The notes under the pieces were generated by a model. The model made no database searches. It saw only the letters and a program-made list of their open reading frames with translations, and was not told the origin of the DNA. Positions 48,580 to 60,709 of a stretch of DNA of 64,000 nt are shown one piece after another (position 1 is the stretch's first letter; each line of letters begins with the position of its first letter). Both the position numbers and the translations under genes were made by a program. Source of the DNA: Rhizodiscina lignyota (lineage: Eukaryota); contig ML978121.1 of the NCBI GenBank assembly GCA_010015805.1, positions 3,596,001 through 3,660,000 of the forward strand, read 5' to 3'.

Positions 48580-50990
48580 ATGTCCACCGAACGCCAGCAA
48601 TCTGCACAACCTACGGAGCAGCCCAGCTCTCCAAATGTGACAAGACGGACGCGAGGTCGATACGTGTCCAAGGCTTGGTAATGCCCATTCCACCCTTGTA
48701 AAGCGGCATCCGTTGTGCTCGAACCTCTACTAACGCTACTTTCCGAGCAGCATCACTTGTCGCCGGAGAAAGCTCAAGGTCGCTTTGCATATCCCTAATC
48801 GTATATCAACCCTAAACTGACGCTGCCTTAGTGCTCTGGTGAAGAGCCATGCAAGCGTTGTGCCCATCATGGTCACCAATGTTTCTATTCCGAAGACAGA
48901 GCTGCGGCCGAAATCCTCCATGGCATACAATCCTTCACGAACGGCTCCCACGCGTACATACCCCGAATCTCGCGACCTGACAGTGAGGGCCGAAGCGATG
49001 GAAGATCGAGATGGGAGCTGAGGTTGGAGAGAGTCGAGACGATGCTTGAGAAGATTCTTGCGTCCTTAAGACAAGACAGTAGTCTGAGAGCAAGCGCAGA
49101 GCCGGAAGCTGAACAGTCAGGCGCAAATGCAGTTGACTTTCAGGGCGATACAGCCTTCCGAGCCCCCATCAATACCTTCAATGCCAATCTTGCATCTGTT
49201 CGCCTCCAACTAGGCCTTCCGGAGCAGCAGAGCCAACCTCCAAGTCCTGCAACTGTCAATCCGCACGAATCCCCACATCAATCAATCCGAACTCCAACGA
49301 ACTCGCTGTCGAAGATTCGGGTGGGTCTGCGAAGTCTTCCGTTTCCCACACAAGAGGAGTACAGGCGATACATCAAATTCTTCTTTGATGATATAAATCC
49401 ATGTCATCCGTGCGTAAACGAGGCCGACTTTGAAGTGAGGAGCGAGAAGTTACTATCTAGCCTTCATCGGGGTCCAATTGACACCGGCTTCTTGGCCCTC
49501 AATTATATCATCTTTGCCTGCACAGATATCCTTACCAACATTACTCCATCCGAGCAAAGTAATGTTTTGCCTGGCTGGGATTGGTATCTCGCTGCGGACT
49601 CACTGCTTGGAAAGCGGAAGTTTGGTGGACGTGCAAACTTGACCGTCATACAATTCTTGATATTTGAAGTAAGTTTATATATATTTCAATTCTATGACGT
49701 TAGCGATGTACTCACCTTTGCACAGGCGTTCTATCTAGTTCATGCAGATAAAGGTAACGCTGCATATAATGTCATCGGCCTGGCATGTCGGCTGTGCTTT
49801 CAGCTGGGGTTGCACCAGCAATCTCGCTGGGCCCATAACCAAAGTGCCTATTGGCGACACATGAATCAGCGGATTTTTTGGACGGTTTACTTCACCGACC
49901 GGCGAATCTCGCTAAGCTGCGGCCGACCTTATGGCATTCACGACTCTGAGACCGATGTTGAAGAGCCAGAATGGATCAGCGATAGGGTGAGGATATTAAA
50001 TGCAATAGGGGTGTATTTATATGGTATACTGACAGTAGCAGGCACTACATCCCGATCGCCCGTTCCCAGATCCTGATCATGTTGATTCATTCAATATGTA
50101 TCTTTCATGCATGGTAGCATGGGCTAAGCTTGCAGGACAAGTATTCTTCGTAAGCGCATCGAACTCCATCGGAAACGATGAGAATATTGCCATTCTGGAT
50201 GCAAAAATAAGGCACTGGGCGGAAACGATACTTGCGAATATCCCTCTACTGCCGCCGCCTGGTGTAGCAGTGCCAAGCTTGAGACATCTACGCCAACGTT
50301 TGCTCGTAAACACTGTTAGTATTCTGCTTGGCATCTGGAGGTCCTTATTGACGTAGCCCTCAGCGAGTGTCACACCTTCGCCTACTTCTCAGACGCCGTC
50401 TGATGGTATCTCTCACATACGACAGGAGCTGTGGGCAACTCTGTGGAGAACTTGCCATTGACATTGTAAACCAGCTTAAAGAGCACAGCTATGAAATTGT
50501 CGAGCCAAGTTCTTTCAGGTTCCATCTCGCAACGACACTTGGTAGCGCGATTCTGATTCTATCGACCTTGCTTTGCCGACCACTTGCCGATATCGGTCTC
50601 CAGGACCAGCATTTCGCCTACGCAGAGAGTTTTCGTGGAGCCGCTCAAATGCTACAAAATCTTGCAGTCTCTCTCCAGGCGGCAAGACGAATTCAAGATG
50701 ATCTCCGAGATATCACTCACGTCGTCACGTCGCTACTAAATCAAGAGCAAGCCTCGGAGCAAGATCTCATGAGCCTACTGCCGCAAAATATCGACCACCT
50801 GTTCCCGTACGGCGCGATCGATTTTGCCCAGCAATTTTCTCCGTGGCCTCATGAGATTTTCAGTGACAGGGTGGAGATCAATGTTCACACGAGCACCGAT
50901 AGCACTTTTGATCCTGATGCTCTCGGAACCCTTGATCCTTGGGATAATGCTCTCCAATCCAACCATGGATATGGAGTGCCGTGGATTTGA
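48580..50990 (+). CDS. Zn(II)2Cys6 transcription factor with fungal-specific TF domain
   Basis: Spliced YVSKACITCRRRKLKCSGEEPCKRCAHHGHQC; FFDDINPCHP, LGLHQ...RIFWTVYFTDRRISLSCGRP; five introns. Confidence 0.92.
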
Positions 50991-51269
50991 AGGAGCAGTG
51001 GCTTTCATTCAATTGAGTCTCGCGCCCACGGATGACGGGTTTGCTCGGCTCCTAATGACTGCTATGCAACTGTGCAAGCGTTTACATCATGATGCCGAAG
51101 CCATCGCCAAGATACTCATCTGCGCAGGTAGTGATGATGATCATCATCATATTATCAGTCCTGTGCTCTAATGGCTCTGTGCCCCAATTTATCGCACTTG
51201 AGCTTTGTAAGTGACAATTTTCTTTCTAATGCCCAATTTTGCTCATTTAGCTAACTCAACCGTCCCATT

Positions 51270-52594
51270 CTACAGTGAATTCTCTACCTCGTAGATCTTT
51301 TTGAGACCTTCTCTAACGGTTTCAATGACATATTCGCTCGGTGGAGGAAGCGGTTTCCTGAACACGCCTCCCAAATATTCCACGTCCTTGACATCCGGTG
51401 CAACGTGCACGTCGAATGCCGTCTTAATGCCCAAGAATCCCTGTTGCTCCTCAACGGAATTACTCGAGCCATTTGCGAATGTATAAACTTACAACGCGAT
51501 TGATGATCGAGTCGGCTTCGGTGACGAGGTCCTGTAGCTGTTGTGCTTCCCTAAATCTGCTTAGGTTAGCCTCATGCTTATTTGCGCATCTGAGAGACCG
51601 AGAGAATTTACTTCTTCGCATTTCCAGTTTCCAGAGCTTCCACCGATGTTCTGAATAGCTTCATCATTACCTTTGGGTAGATATTAGCAGGCCCGCTCAC
51701 ACATCCGTCCTGCCTTGCCACAAGTGCCGGTAACATGTAATCAGAGCCCCCTGGCAAAACCAAGAACGGGAGCGGATGTCGAGCTCGATACTCTGGCGAC
51801 TTGACATGTAAAGCGACTCGATGACCTTTCGATATACTGTAACAAGTGAGTTTAACTCCTCTGCGCCATCGTTAGTATTTTCATATCGGCGAGAGTTGAC
51901 GTCGCCACAGACGCAATATTTTGATGTTCCCTTTAAAGCTACAGTATCAGATCAGTCCGCGACTTAAGTTCTTTGAGGATCTTACGCGATGTCCATTAGA
52001 AAGTCTGGGTCGAGATCAATACCGCCTGAGGCGAAGGGTATCTGCGGCATCTCAGCGCACCGTCTCCGCGTAGTGTCTATGACTTACATTGTAAAGCAGC
52101 AAGGGAATCGGGCTCCGGTCTGCAAGAGATTCGAAGAAGTTCTTCAGCGCACTCTTGTTTTTGCCATACGCAAAAGCGAAGTACGATGGCGCAACTACGA
52201 CTCTATACAACATCAATTTACGATCAAAGAATCGACCATTTACAGAAGTCACATACGCAGCGTCCGCGCCGGCCTCTGCAGCATCTTGGGCATGCTTCAC
52301 ACACTGTCTGAGGCTCTCTCCATTAATACCTGCAATAATGGGGATTGAATTATCCAGATCCTCCGCCATCAGAACATCCTTCGCAGCCTTGACCAAGAGC
52401 TTCTTCTCCTCCCTCTCGAGTAAATTGCCCTCCCCCAGTGTCCCTGAGAGCACGAGGCCACAATCTGCCTTCGCTAGTCGTGCAATATTTCTCTTGAAGA
52501 TTGGAATGTCGATGTCTTCATTCTGATTGAAGGGAGTGACAACCGGTACGTAGACGCCTTGTCGGAGCTTAGCACTGGAATTTGTGACATCCAT
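51270..52594 (-). CDS. DHDPS/NAL-family class I aldolase (2-keto-3-deoxy sugar acid aldolase, GaaC-like)
   Basis: GVYVPVVTPF, SGTLGE, SPIPLLLYN, GIDLD, Schiff-base lysine in HQNIAGVKLTC (assembled through an 18-nt micro-exon), ANIYPK, RKPLP; six introns. Confidence 0.88.
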
Positions 52595-53041
52595 CGCTCT
52601 GTCTCTCCTCATTTCTGAGGCTTCCGCCTTTCATGGCCCAGTTTGTATTATGCCTATCCTTTCCGACCAAGCGGAATCTGTTCGGTATCCAGTCGCAGTT
52701 CATCCCTGTTCTCCCCACAATCTCCCCGGGTTGGTCAATGCTTCCGAGATTTCCATTTTCAATTGTGCAGTTTCCGCAATTTCCGACATGGATCCGAGGC
52801 TAATGGAGCGCTTTCCTCCTACCTTCATGTGCTTGCAATATTGAAGCATGTCAAGTAGTATCGAGCATAGATCCAATTCGATAAGCATAGGACATTGTAG
52901 TGGTCACGTAGCATCCAAAACTGCTATTCACTTCTTCTTAATTGCAGTTTTTCCAACTCGGACTCTAAATCTCAACACGAAGTCGTTACGGAAGGAGCTA
53001 GTCCAGCACCATTCGATCCATTGCACTATCGCCTTCTAAAA
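52595..53041. promoter_or_regulatory. Bidirectional promoter (aldolase/dehydratase) with clustered TTCCG/CGGAA half-sites
   Basis: TTCCG at 52622, 52661, 52742, 52772 and 52781; CGGAA at 52672 (TTCCG-N6-CGGAA). Reverse-strand SYGGRG at 52713 and 52724. Confidence 0.55.
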
Positions 53042-54535
53042 ATGGGACATCAAGATATCACATTAACCTCCTTCACCGTCCGCGACCTTCGCTGGCCCAC
53101 CTCTCTAGATAACATCGGTTCTGATCCTATGAATCTTGCCGGCGAGAACTCTTATGGCTACCTTCAGTATCACACCAACGTTGGCACCACAGGTACAGGT
53201 TGGAGTTTTGCCAATGGCCAGGGCAACGAGTAAGTGCTGTAATTAACCAGATTTAACTACAGTCAATTGGTCTGACGCTAACAGTCTCGTCAAAGCGTCC
53301 TCTGCACCGCCATCCGCTCTCTCGCGCCCCGTTTCGTCGGCCGCACGCTCTCGTCCATAACTGAGAACATGGGAGCCACACAACGCAAGCTTCAATCGGG
53401 CCAGATCCGCTTTATGTCTCCTGAGCGTGGGGTACTGCAGCTCGCGACATGCGCGGTGCTCAATGCATTGTGGGACTTGTGGGCCAAAGTCGAAGGGAAA
53501 CCGCTCTGGAGACTCGTCGCGGACATGACGCCAGAGGAATTTGTGCGCTGTATCGATTTTCGGTACATGTCGGACGCGTTAACTCCGGAGCAAGCGTTGA
53601 CGATGCTGAAAGAGAAAGAAGGCGGGAAGGCGGAAAGAATAAAGATGGCCAGCGAAGACCGTGCGGTACCGGCGTACAACACGTCTGTTGGCTGGCTGGG
53701 GCACTCGGACGAGAAAGTCAAGGAGCTACTGCGAGAAGCAAAGGCACAGGGTTTCCGACACTTCAAGCTTAAAGGAGGACAGAGCCCAGAAAATGATAGG
53801 AAGAGACTCGGTCTCGTCCGTGAGGTCGTGGGAGATGAGGCAGTACTCATGGTAGATGTGAATCAGCTATGGGACGTAGATGAGGCAATCGAGTATATGA
53901 AGAAGCTTGCGGATTTGAGGCTTTGGTTCATCGAAGAGCCCACGTCGCCGGATGATGTCCTTGGCCATGCGAAGATCAGAAAGGCTTTGAAGCCTCTTGG
54001 AATAGGCGTGGCTACAGGCGAACATGTGAATAATCGCGTTATGTTCAAGCAGCTGTTGCAAGCTGAGGCACTTGATGCCGTGCAACTCGATGCATGCAGG
54101 CTAGCGGGAGTAAACGAGATCCTTGCCGTCTTGTTAATGGCGTCCAAATTCGGAGTACCTGTTGTGCCACACTCGGGGTGAGTGCTTCACATATATCACA
54201 TAACATCAAGAGGATGAGAAGTACTGACGAGATCCAGCGGCGCCGGAATGGTTGAACTCTGCTCCCATATCAGCACCATCGACTTCATCTGCGCCTCCGG
54301 AGAGCAAAGCATTCTTGAATACACCGATCATTTACACGATGCATTCGAGGCACCGGCGAAAATCACTAGTTCGGGTTTCCATGTAACCCCAACAGTGCCC
54401 GGATATTCGTGCGATGTGAAAGAGACCGAGTTTGCGAAATTCGAGTGTCCAAATGGGAGCTTTTGGAAATCAGAACAGGGTCTGAAGATGCTCAACGATC
54501 CATGGAGGGGAGTACCAGGGGAGCAAACATCTTGA
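53042..54535 (+). CDS. Enolase-superfamily (mandelate racemase subgroup) sugar-acid dehydratase, L-galactonate/L-fuconate dehydratase-like
   Basis: DLRWPTSLDNIGSDPMN, LNALWDLWAK, CIDFRY, KxK (FKLKG), metal ligands VDVNQ / FIEEP / ATGEH, QLDACR, VPHSG, LEYTDHLH. Introns 53230-53295 and about 54178-54237. Confidence 0.93.
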
Positions 54536-54981
54536 TAAACGGTACTGTGATTCCCAGTCTCGAGCCAAATTGCACAGGAATTGAGACACATCACTACGTC
54601 ATTAGTATCAACATGCACTGGCTTCCAACTTCCCGCTCAGCCGCAAAGTACAGGTACAAAAAGGGATAATCTGTTGGCAGGAGAATTATCCTGTCGCTTG
54701 TGGCTTGCTTTCTCTACGAGCAGTGAGCCACAGTGGGCGGAGGATTGTTCTGATACAATCACACGTATTAAAACAAGAACAGACCTCTATTAAACTTCGT
54801 TCAGAGAATCAACTCCATGTCATTACTCTAATAGTCGGTAATTCGCCAAAGACAAACCAACTCAATCGTTTGATAGTGCATCCTCGACCCGTTCCTCGAA
54901 ACCATGAACGCCAACTTGAACGCCTGGCCATTCATCAATGAATCCATCGAGACTGCTAGCTATCAAAAGCAACGAAACTCC

Positions 54982-56754
54982 TCACGATGGTCGCTTGAAT
55001 GGATGTGCCTCCGTGTTAAATACGTACTCGTCCAAGCTGATCAAATCCGGCTCACTGAATATCAAGTAAAAGTACTTGAGTGTCTCGGCCAGCCAAAAGC
55101 TTTCCATGCTACCGACTTTGTGCGGATTTTCCTTTACAAGCACGTCCGACAGCGCCGCATTCGCTAGTTCCGTCTCGGTATTCTTCTGGATGGCCGTGAA
55201 CATCTTCCATGCTGTTTCTCGGAAATGTTTCTCCCCTGTAATCCGATAAAGGATAAAGACGCTCTCGATGGCTTCCGGTCGGAGGATGTACCGCTTGTCT
55301 TTTGCCGACGTGAATCCCAGTGGCAGCTTCTCCTTCTGGATAACATTCGTTGCGGATTGCTGTTCGCCTTTGTGGTTCAGATTGCGTTGTGCGACCTCTC
55401 GCATGTAATGGGCTTCGTCCCATTTACAGTCCGTCGTCGAGTGGCATGGTGTCATAGTGAACTTCTCAGGCATAATGCCCAGCGGTGAGTTGTTGTATGC
55501 CCAGATGCAGCCGTCGGTTGCTTTCTTGCCAATCTCGACATGCGCAGGGATATCGAAGAGCCGGCCACCGAGAGCAAACATACCGCCCACGAAACAACCT
55601 AGATGTTGACCCTCCGGATCGAGGTTGATTGACGTAGGAGATGCTACAGCATTTCCGGAGATAAGAATATCGGCATTGTCAGGAAGCATTGGTCGGAAGA
55701 GGATGTGCTGTTTCGCAGCGTGCATGGATTGCTTGTACATTGCATGATAAGTCTGGTCGAGGCCGCCGAGAAGAGCAAAGGTCTTCGGGAGATATTCGTA
55801 CACGGAGTCGGCCATGGCGCTGAGAGTGAATGGTCCATTGGTAGAGAAATTTGCTTCTTTGGCGTTGACTACGATCGGCCACATGCCTGGAAGCAGTGTC
55901 TCCATTTGCTGTGCCGCGAATATCTCCGTGATCCTCTGCACAGCGTCGAACCACTTCATGTCCTTCGTGAGCTGCGACAGCCTAGTGAACTCCATGACCA
56001 ATGAGCCAATTTCTGCAACGAGAGTATTTTCATGGGCCTCTTGCCGAGTTCCAGTAAGCGCTTGCTGAGCGTCCCATCTTGTCAGCGGCATCCTATTCGG
56101 TGTGTCGAAAGCAGCGTAGAGCATTTCTCCGACTTCAATGGCTTTGCGTAATAATCTGACATCCGAACTGAGGTCGTAGGCGGACATGAATCCCCCCAGA
56201 TAGCGAATCGTGGTTTCAAAGACATTGATTTCGCCTGGTGGCGCGTCGAAATCTATGTTGATAGCCGCCGAGACAGCTTCGTCGAATTCAGTCTTCAGAT
56301 CCATAATCCACAGCGTGTCTAAAGAGTCAACGAGTGTTGCAGCCCAACCTCCGAACGTATTCTTTGCTCCGCCGGAGATTGGCTCGAGCTCATCTTGCAT
56401 CCATGCTTTTTCTTTGTATGAAGCCCAGCATTTCTGGAAAACTTGCTTTACTGCGAGCTGCTTCTTCTCTCTCGCCGCCTTCTCGTCAGGTGATTCAGCC
56501 TTAAATTCGTGTTGTACTTTTGGCAGTTGCTTCGGCGCGCCAGTTGGCAGCGTCCGATATGAATCAACTGGAAATTGGATTGGCCGACTTTTCCATCTGG
56601 ATCTGAGTGGAGGAAATCCTCCAGATAAGTATGTCGCAGGGTTGATTGAACGCCAGCTTGCGTATTTCTCGGTCCGCGAAATGGTGAATAGCACGAAAAG
56701 GAGACAGGCCGCGAACAGAAGAGTGGTATACGAGCGCTTGATGTAAATAAACAT
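54982..56754 (-). CDS. GH47 class I alpha-1,2-mannosidase, type II membrane anchor
   Basis: FGGWAATLVDSLDTL, NVFETTIRYLGG, EFTRLSQ, DSVYEYLPK, YILRPEAIES, MESFWLAETLKY, FNTEAHP; N-terminal TM; single exon, 590 aa. Confidence 0.96.
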   Translation of the reverse strand: MFIYIKRSYTTLLFAACLLFVLFTISRTEKYASWRSINPATYLSGGFPPLRSRWKSRPIQFPVDSYRTLPTGAPKQLPKVQHEFKAESPDEKAAREKKQLAVKQVFQKCWASYKEKAWMQDELEPISGGAKNTFGGWAATLVDSLDTLWIMDLKTEFDEAVSAAINIDFDAPPGEINVFETTIRYLGGFMSAYDLSSDVRLLRKAIEVGEMLYAAFDTPNRMPLTRWDAQQALTGTRQEAHENTLVAEIGSLVMEFTRLSQLTKDMKWFDAVQRITEIFAAQQMETLLPGMWPIVVNAKEANFSTNGPFTLSAMADSVYEYLPKTFALLGGLDQTYHAMYKQSMHAAKQHILFRPMLPDNADILISGNAVASPTSINLDPEGQHLGCFVGGMFALGGRLFDIPAHVEIGKKATDGCIWAYNNSPLGIMPEKFTMTPCHSTTDCKWDEAHYMREVAQRNLNHKGEQQSATNVIQKEKLPLGFTSAKDKRYILRPEAIESVFILYRITGEKHFRETAWKMFTAIQKNTETELANAALSDVLVKENPHKVGSMESFWLAETLKYFYLIFSEPDLISLDEYVFNTEAHPFKRPS

Positions 56755-57596
56755 GGTGTGCGGCCCGAATATTCGAGAAGCTTGTTAGCAGTGTCGTCAA
56801 AGCAGCATCATGAACGTTGTGAGCTTCGAGATGTAGCAAACAAAGTGAAAAGTACGCGAAAGTGGAATGTGTAACACTTGCCCTTGTGTGCGGCCTGTGA
56901 CGTCTGTGGTTGCGGCGCAGGGCAGTCTGAGACATCCTTGGCAGGAGCCATTCCTGTAGGCGCGTTAAAGCGTTTCAACAAACCTGTCATCCAGCGAGTG
57001 AAAGGAGACGAAGGGTAAGCAGATGCACTTGTCACCGTCAAACGTTTAAATGGGTAGATAAAAGCGGGCCGAGCCCGGTTTTAAGGTTAGGGGAGCTTGT
57101 TTTGAGGCTTGCATTGGCGTCGTTCCTCGTCAGGGGCCAATTACGTATGTACGCCTTCAAGCTTCCATCGATCTGACTTCGCTGATTGACACTTCTTCAT
57201 CATCGCCTACTCTTTTTCATTTGCTTTAAAAACTGGTGTGCCAAGTGCGATAAGCGTTCGCGCTTTTCCGTACTGCACTATGGACTATGGGTGCTTCTCC
57301 CGTATCGTCTACTCAGTACACAATGTCCTTCCTTGCGGTGGCCCTAGGAACCAATAGTCATCCGCAGCTACAGAGTCTTCACTACTCCATAGCTTGATAA
57401 CCTCCTTCACACGTACATTCAAGACTCTTGTGGTCATGGACCAGTTGAAATCCATTCCTGGGTCGCGTTGTTTGTTGACAAAGCTAGATCGGAATGCAAA
57501 TCGCGCGCGTCGTGTCAGCCTCTAAAACCACATGTCCGCAATCATGGATCAGGGGGGTAGGTCAATCCAGATTTACGATTTCATACGGTTGCAATT

Positions 57597-58740
57597 ATGA
57601 TTTTCCCATTATCGTCTTTGTCGCTCGCTCTTAATTCCTTCCTCGGAGTGCAAGATGCGGAGGCGGCCGCAGAAATAGCAAGAGATAATGCACTCAGAGC
57701 CCAATATTTGAACAAACGACAAGTTCCTCCTCCCGTCGTTGCGCCCCCTCCGGATGCAAGACTCACTACGACGGAAGCATCTACTATTACACCAAGCGTG
57801 TTGACGTATATCACACCCTCGCCATCGGCCATCCCGATCCCAATCACGGCGCAAAGTCAAGTCGTCCAGTCCTTTGTCCCCCAGGTGACGTTTTGCGCTC
57901 AGCCGCCTTTGGCGTACATATCCGGATCTTTCACGAATACCGCGACCACTGGACCGTATCTAAACTACTCGGTGTCTACGCCTTCCGGGACAGGATCGTG
58001 CCAAACCAGTCAAAGCCCGACTGAGATCACAGTGTGCGCGACGACGTTGACAGCGCTTGCTTCACAGGTCACTGTCACAGCGTGCGATCAAAACGTCACT
58101 TTCTCTAGCGAATATGGCTATGCGCTGGACACGCCAGCTCTGAATTCGACGATCCTGAATGCAACAATAACGCCTTCACCTACAATTCGGACGCTCACAA
58201 CATACTACATAGCTTCATGGCAAGACATCGCGGCCACACCAGGTGTCGCTCCTCAGGATGTCGACAAGAAGATATGCTCGACATACGCTAACGGCACGGA
58301 TATATGTGTAGTGGAGTACGAGGAATGGCATGTACAGATCGTAACGATCACGACGACCACCACGAGTCAGATCGACGTGACAGCAACGTATCCTGGGCCC
58401 GGACAGATTATCATTCACACGGCTCATTGGGAAGTCACAGACACTCTCACAACATTTGCCCTCAACAGCACAATGGAGATTGAATCGTACACGGAAACCG
58501 AATCCACAAGTCAAGGACCACGAGGAGGTGTGACCAGCACCCTAACGGTTGAGTACAACACAAACACGACGTAAGTGGGGCCTGGATTTCTCAGATTTTG
58601 AATCATGCCTTTTGGGACTGAAGCTTACATGGGACAGCTCTGCGGAACCCACGTCGACGACAACGGCCTTGATCACCTCGACGATGTATTCTGGCACAGC
58701 GACCGCTGTGATTACGCCATCTATGAACATGTACGGGTGA
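57597..58740 (+). CDS. Thr-rich, probably secreted or cell-wall protein of unknown function
   Basis: Exons 57597-58570 and 58638-58740; hydrophobic N-terminus, Kex2-like KR|Q, spaced Cys, very Thr-rich. Confidence 0.75.
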
Positions 58741-60223
58741 GGATACAACCCAAGACATTAGGGAGCTCGATCTGACCGTCAGCAGGAACAGCAGCCTACC
58801 GAACAACACGCCGCCGTGATGAAAAGTTCGGTTTTATTTAAATGCTTCTTCTTCCATGTATATTCAGATATTTAATCTGCCACGTTTTTCAATTTTCAGT
58901 ACTGCACTGATTGTTTTACTGTTTGTGTGCATTCTCAGCTTGGTAAGACTCAGCAAGGGTTTCTTTGTCTTTTGTCCATCAACATGTCGTCCCCAAACAT
59001 GACATGATGCGCGCGACATGTTTTCATGGACGATACACATGTAAACCGAAGGACTCCGTCATAAGAATTAGTTTTCCGGTGGGCTATTCTGCTAAGAGTA
59101 TCTGTCGACAGTATCAAGTTCAATTTGTTGGACAGATATCTCTCACATATATATGTCCTTCGCGAATCGCCGGTCTACCAATAGCTTTACTTTCCAATTT
59201 GATTCTGCACACTCACTTACCACTATGCAAAATGCCCTATCCCTCATTGTATTGTAGTGGCTTACCAAATCCCACGAACTCTGTTGCTTCCTCCCCTATC
59301 CCTCTCTTAAGCCAGACCACTTCCGCTGCCCCCATTTCGTCGCCCACTACCATCCAGACCATGCCGATGACTTCTCTTGACCTCCGAGTTTAACCTATCA
59401 TACCTCGGGGAACGCCACGACGTACATCGATCCCGAGACCAAGAAAGGCCGGTGCAGTGGTGGACATAACAGTGAACGTGAAACTGGTTTTGCGCCTTTC
59501 GTGCCTAGCGCTGGAAATGCAAGGGACGGAGGATGGTCATGGAACAATGGGCATGTGAGAGAGAGAGGGTGAGCGCTACTGCGGTGGTGTTGTCGTGATG
59601 TCTGTTGCTCTTATTAATTTAAGGAATGAGATATATGTGTAGTGAAATGGGAATTGAGAATGTATAGATTACCTGGCTTATACTTATAAGATCAACGCTT
59701 TGTCGTTTCGGTACATCGTTACGCATGGACATTCTACGCGTGACGTACTCTACTCTAAGTAACAACGCGAGCGAATTCCTTAATAATTTACCTTAAATTA
59801 GACCAGTACTTGTCTATTATATTATTCTTCACCGTTTGAACTGGTCGCAAATCGAGCAAATCAGTTAGATTGTTTATTACTATGTGTGAACCATGTCCGA
59901 GCGAAATCGTTGCGGCGGGAATATCTGCCCTCCAGCCGCTGAACCAGGCATCCAGTCCACAGTCCACATTTCGCATTACGATACGGTTCTTCGCCTTGGC
60001 TTGCTTTAGGGCGCCGGTTTGGCTTCCGGCGGTGAGTAGGCAGCACAATGCAATTTAATATCAGTCTCTGCAATCTGTAAAGCGCACGTTTATTTTATCT
60101 TGTCTCTTTTTCTCCATCGTCACCTAAACACTCGATACGCTCAGTTCTCGTCCAGCTTCATCTAAACTCGACATAGCTAGATTCTGTCGAGCATCCAAGC
60201 CAGGCGCTACTTTCCAACTCGAT

Positions 60224-60709
60224 ATGGCAACCACACACAAGGGAAGCTGTTCTTGCGAGGCTATCAAGATAGAAGTCCAAGCAGACCCTGCCTTCATTGT
60301 AAGCAGATATGCGTCGCTGCTAATGAGCACTGCTGAGTCTGCTCCGTAGGGACTGTGCCATTGTCGCAACTGCCAAAAGAGCACTGGGTCGACGTACAGC
60401 ACAAATTGGGTCGTGCCCAGGTCCGCGTTCAAAATCGTCTCCGGCGAGCCCACCACCTATAAAGTAACGGGCGGCAGCGGTAACCCGGCCCTTCGCCAGT
60501 TTTGCGGTACTTGTAGCTCTACAATGTGGACTGAGACTTCGATGCGTCCGGACATTATCGTCATAAAGGTGGGCGTCATGGACGACGGTGGGCTTGCAAA
60601 GTTTACTCCTGGTATCGAGACATTCACCTCCAGAAAGCCAGGGTGGGTAAAAGAGGTAGAGGGTGCGACGCAATTTGAAGAGTCGTTTCCAATCCAGCCA
60701 CAGCAATAA
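60224..60709 (+). CDS. GFA / CENP-V (Mss4-like) zinc-binding protein
   Basis: Exons 60224-60298 and 60350-60709: HKGSCSC...LCHCRNCQKSTG...RQFCGTCSS. Confidence 0.92.

Noticed and set aside
54982..56754. GH47 mannosidase as a member of the catabolic cluster
   Set aside because: Type II membrane N-glycan-processing enzyme, intronless, convergent with the cluster; more likely a flanking gene.
59224..59571. Possible broken small secreted-protein gene (…TTSAAPISSP… then YIDPETKKGRCSGG…)
   Set aside because: Needs frameshifts or stop read-through, and I found no convincing splice sites or homology.
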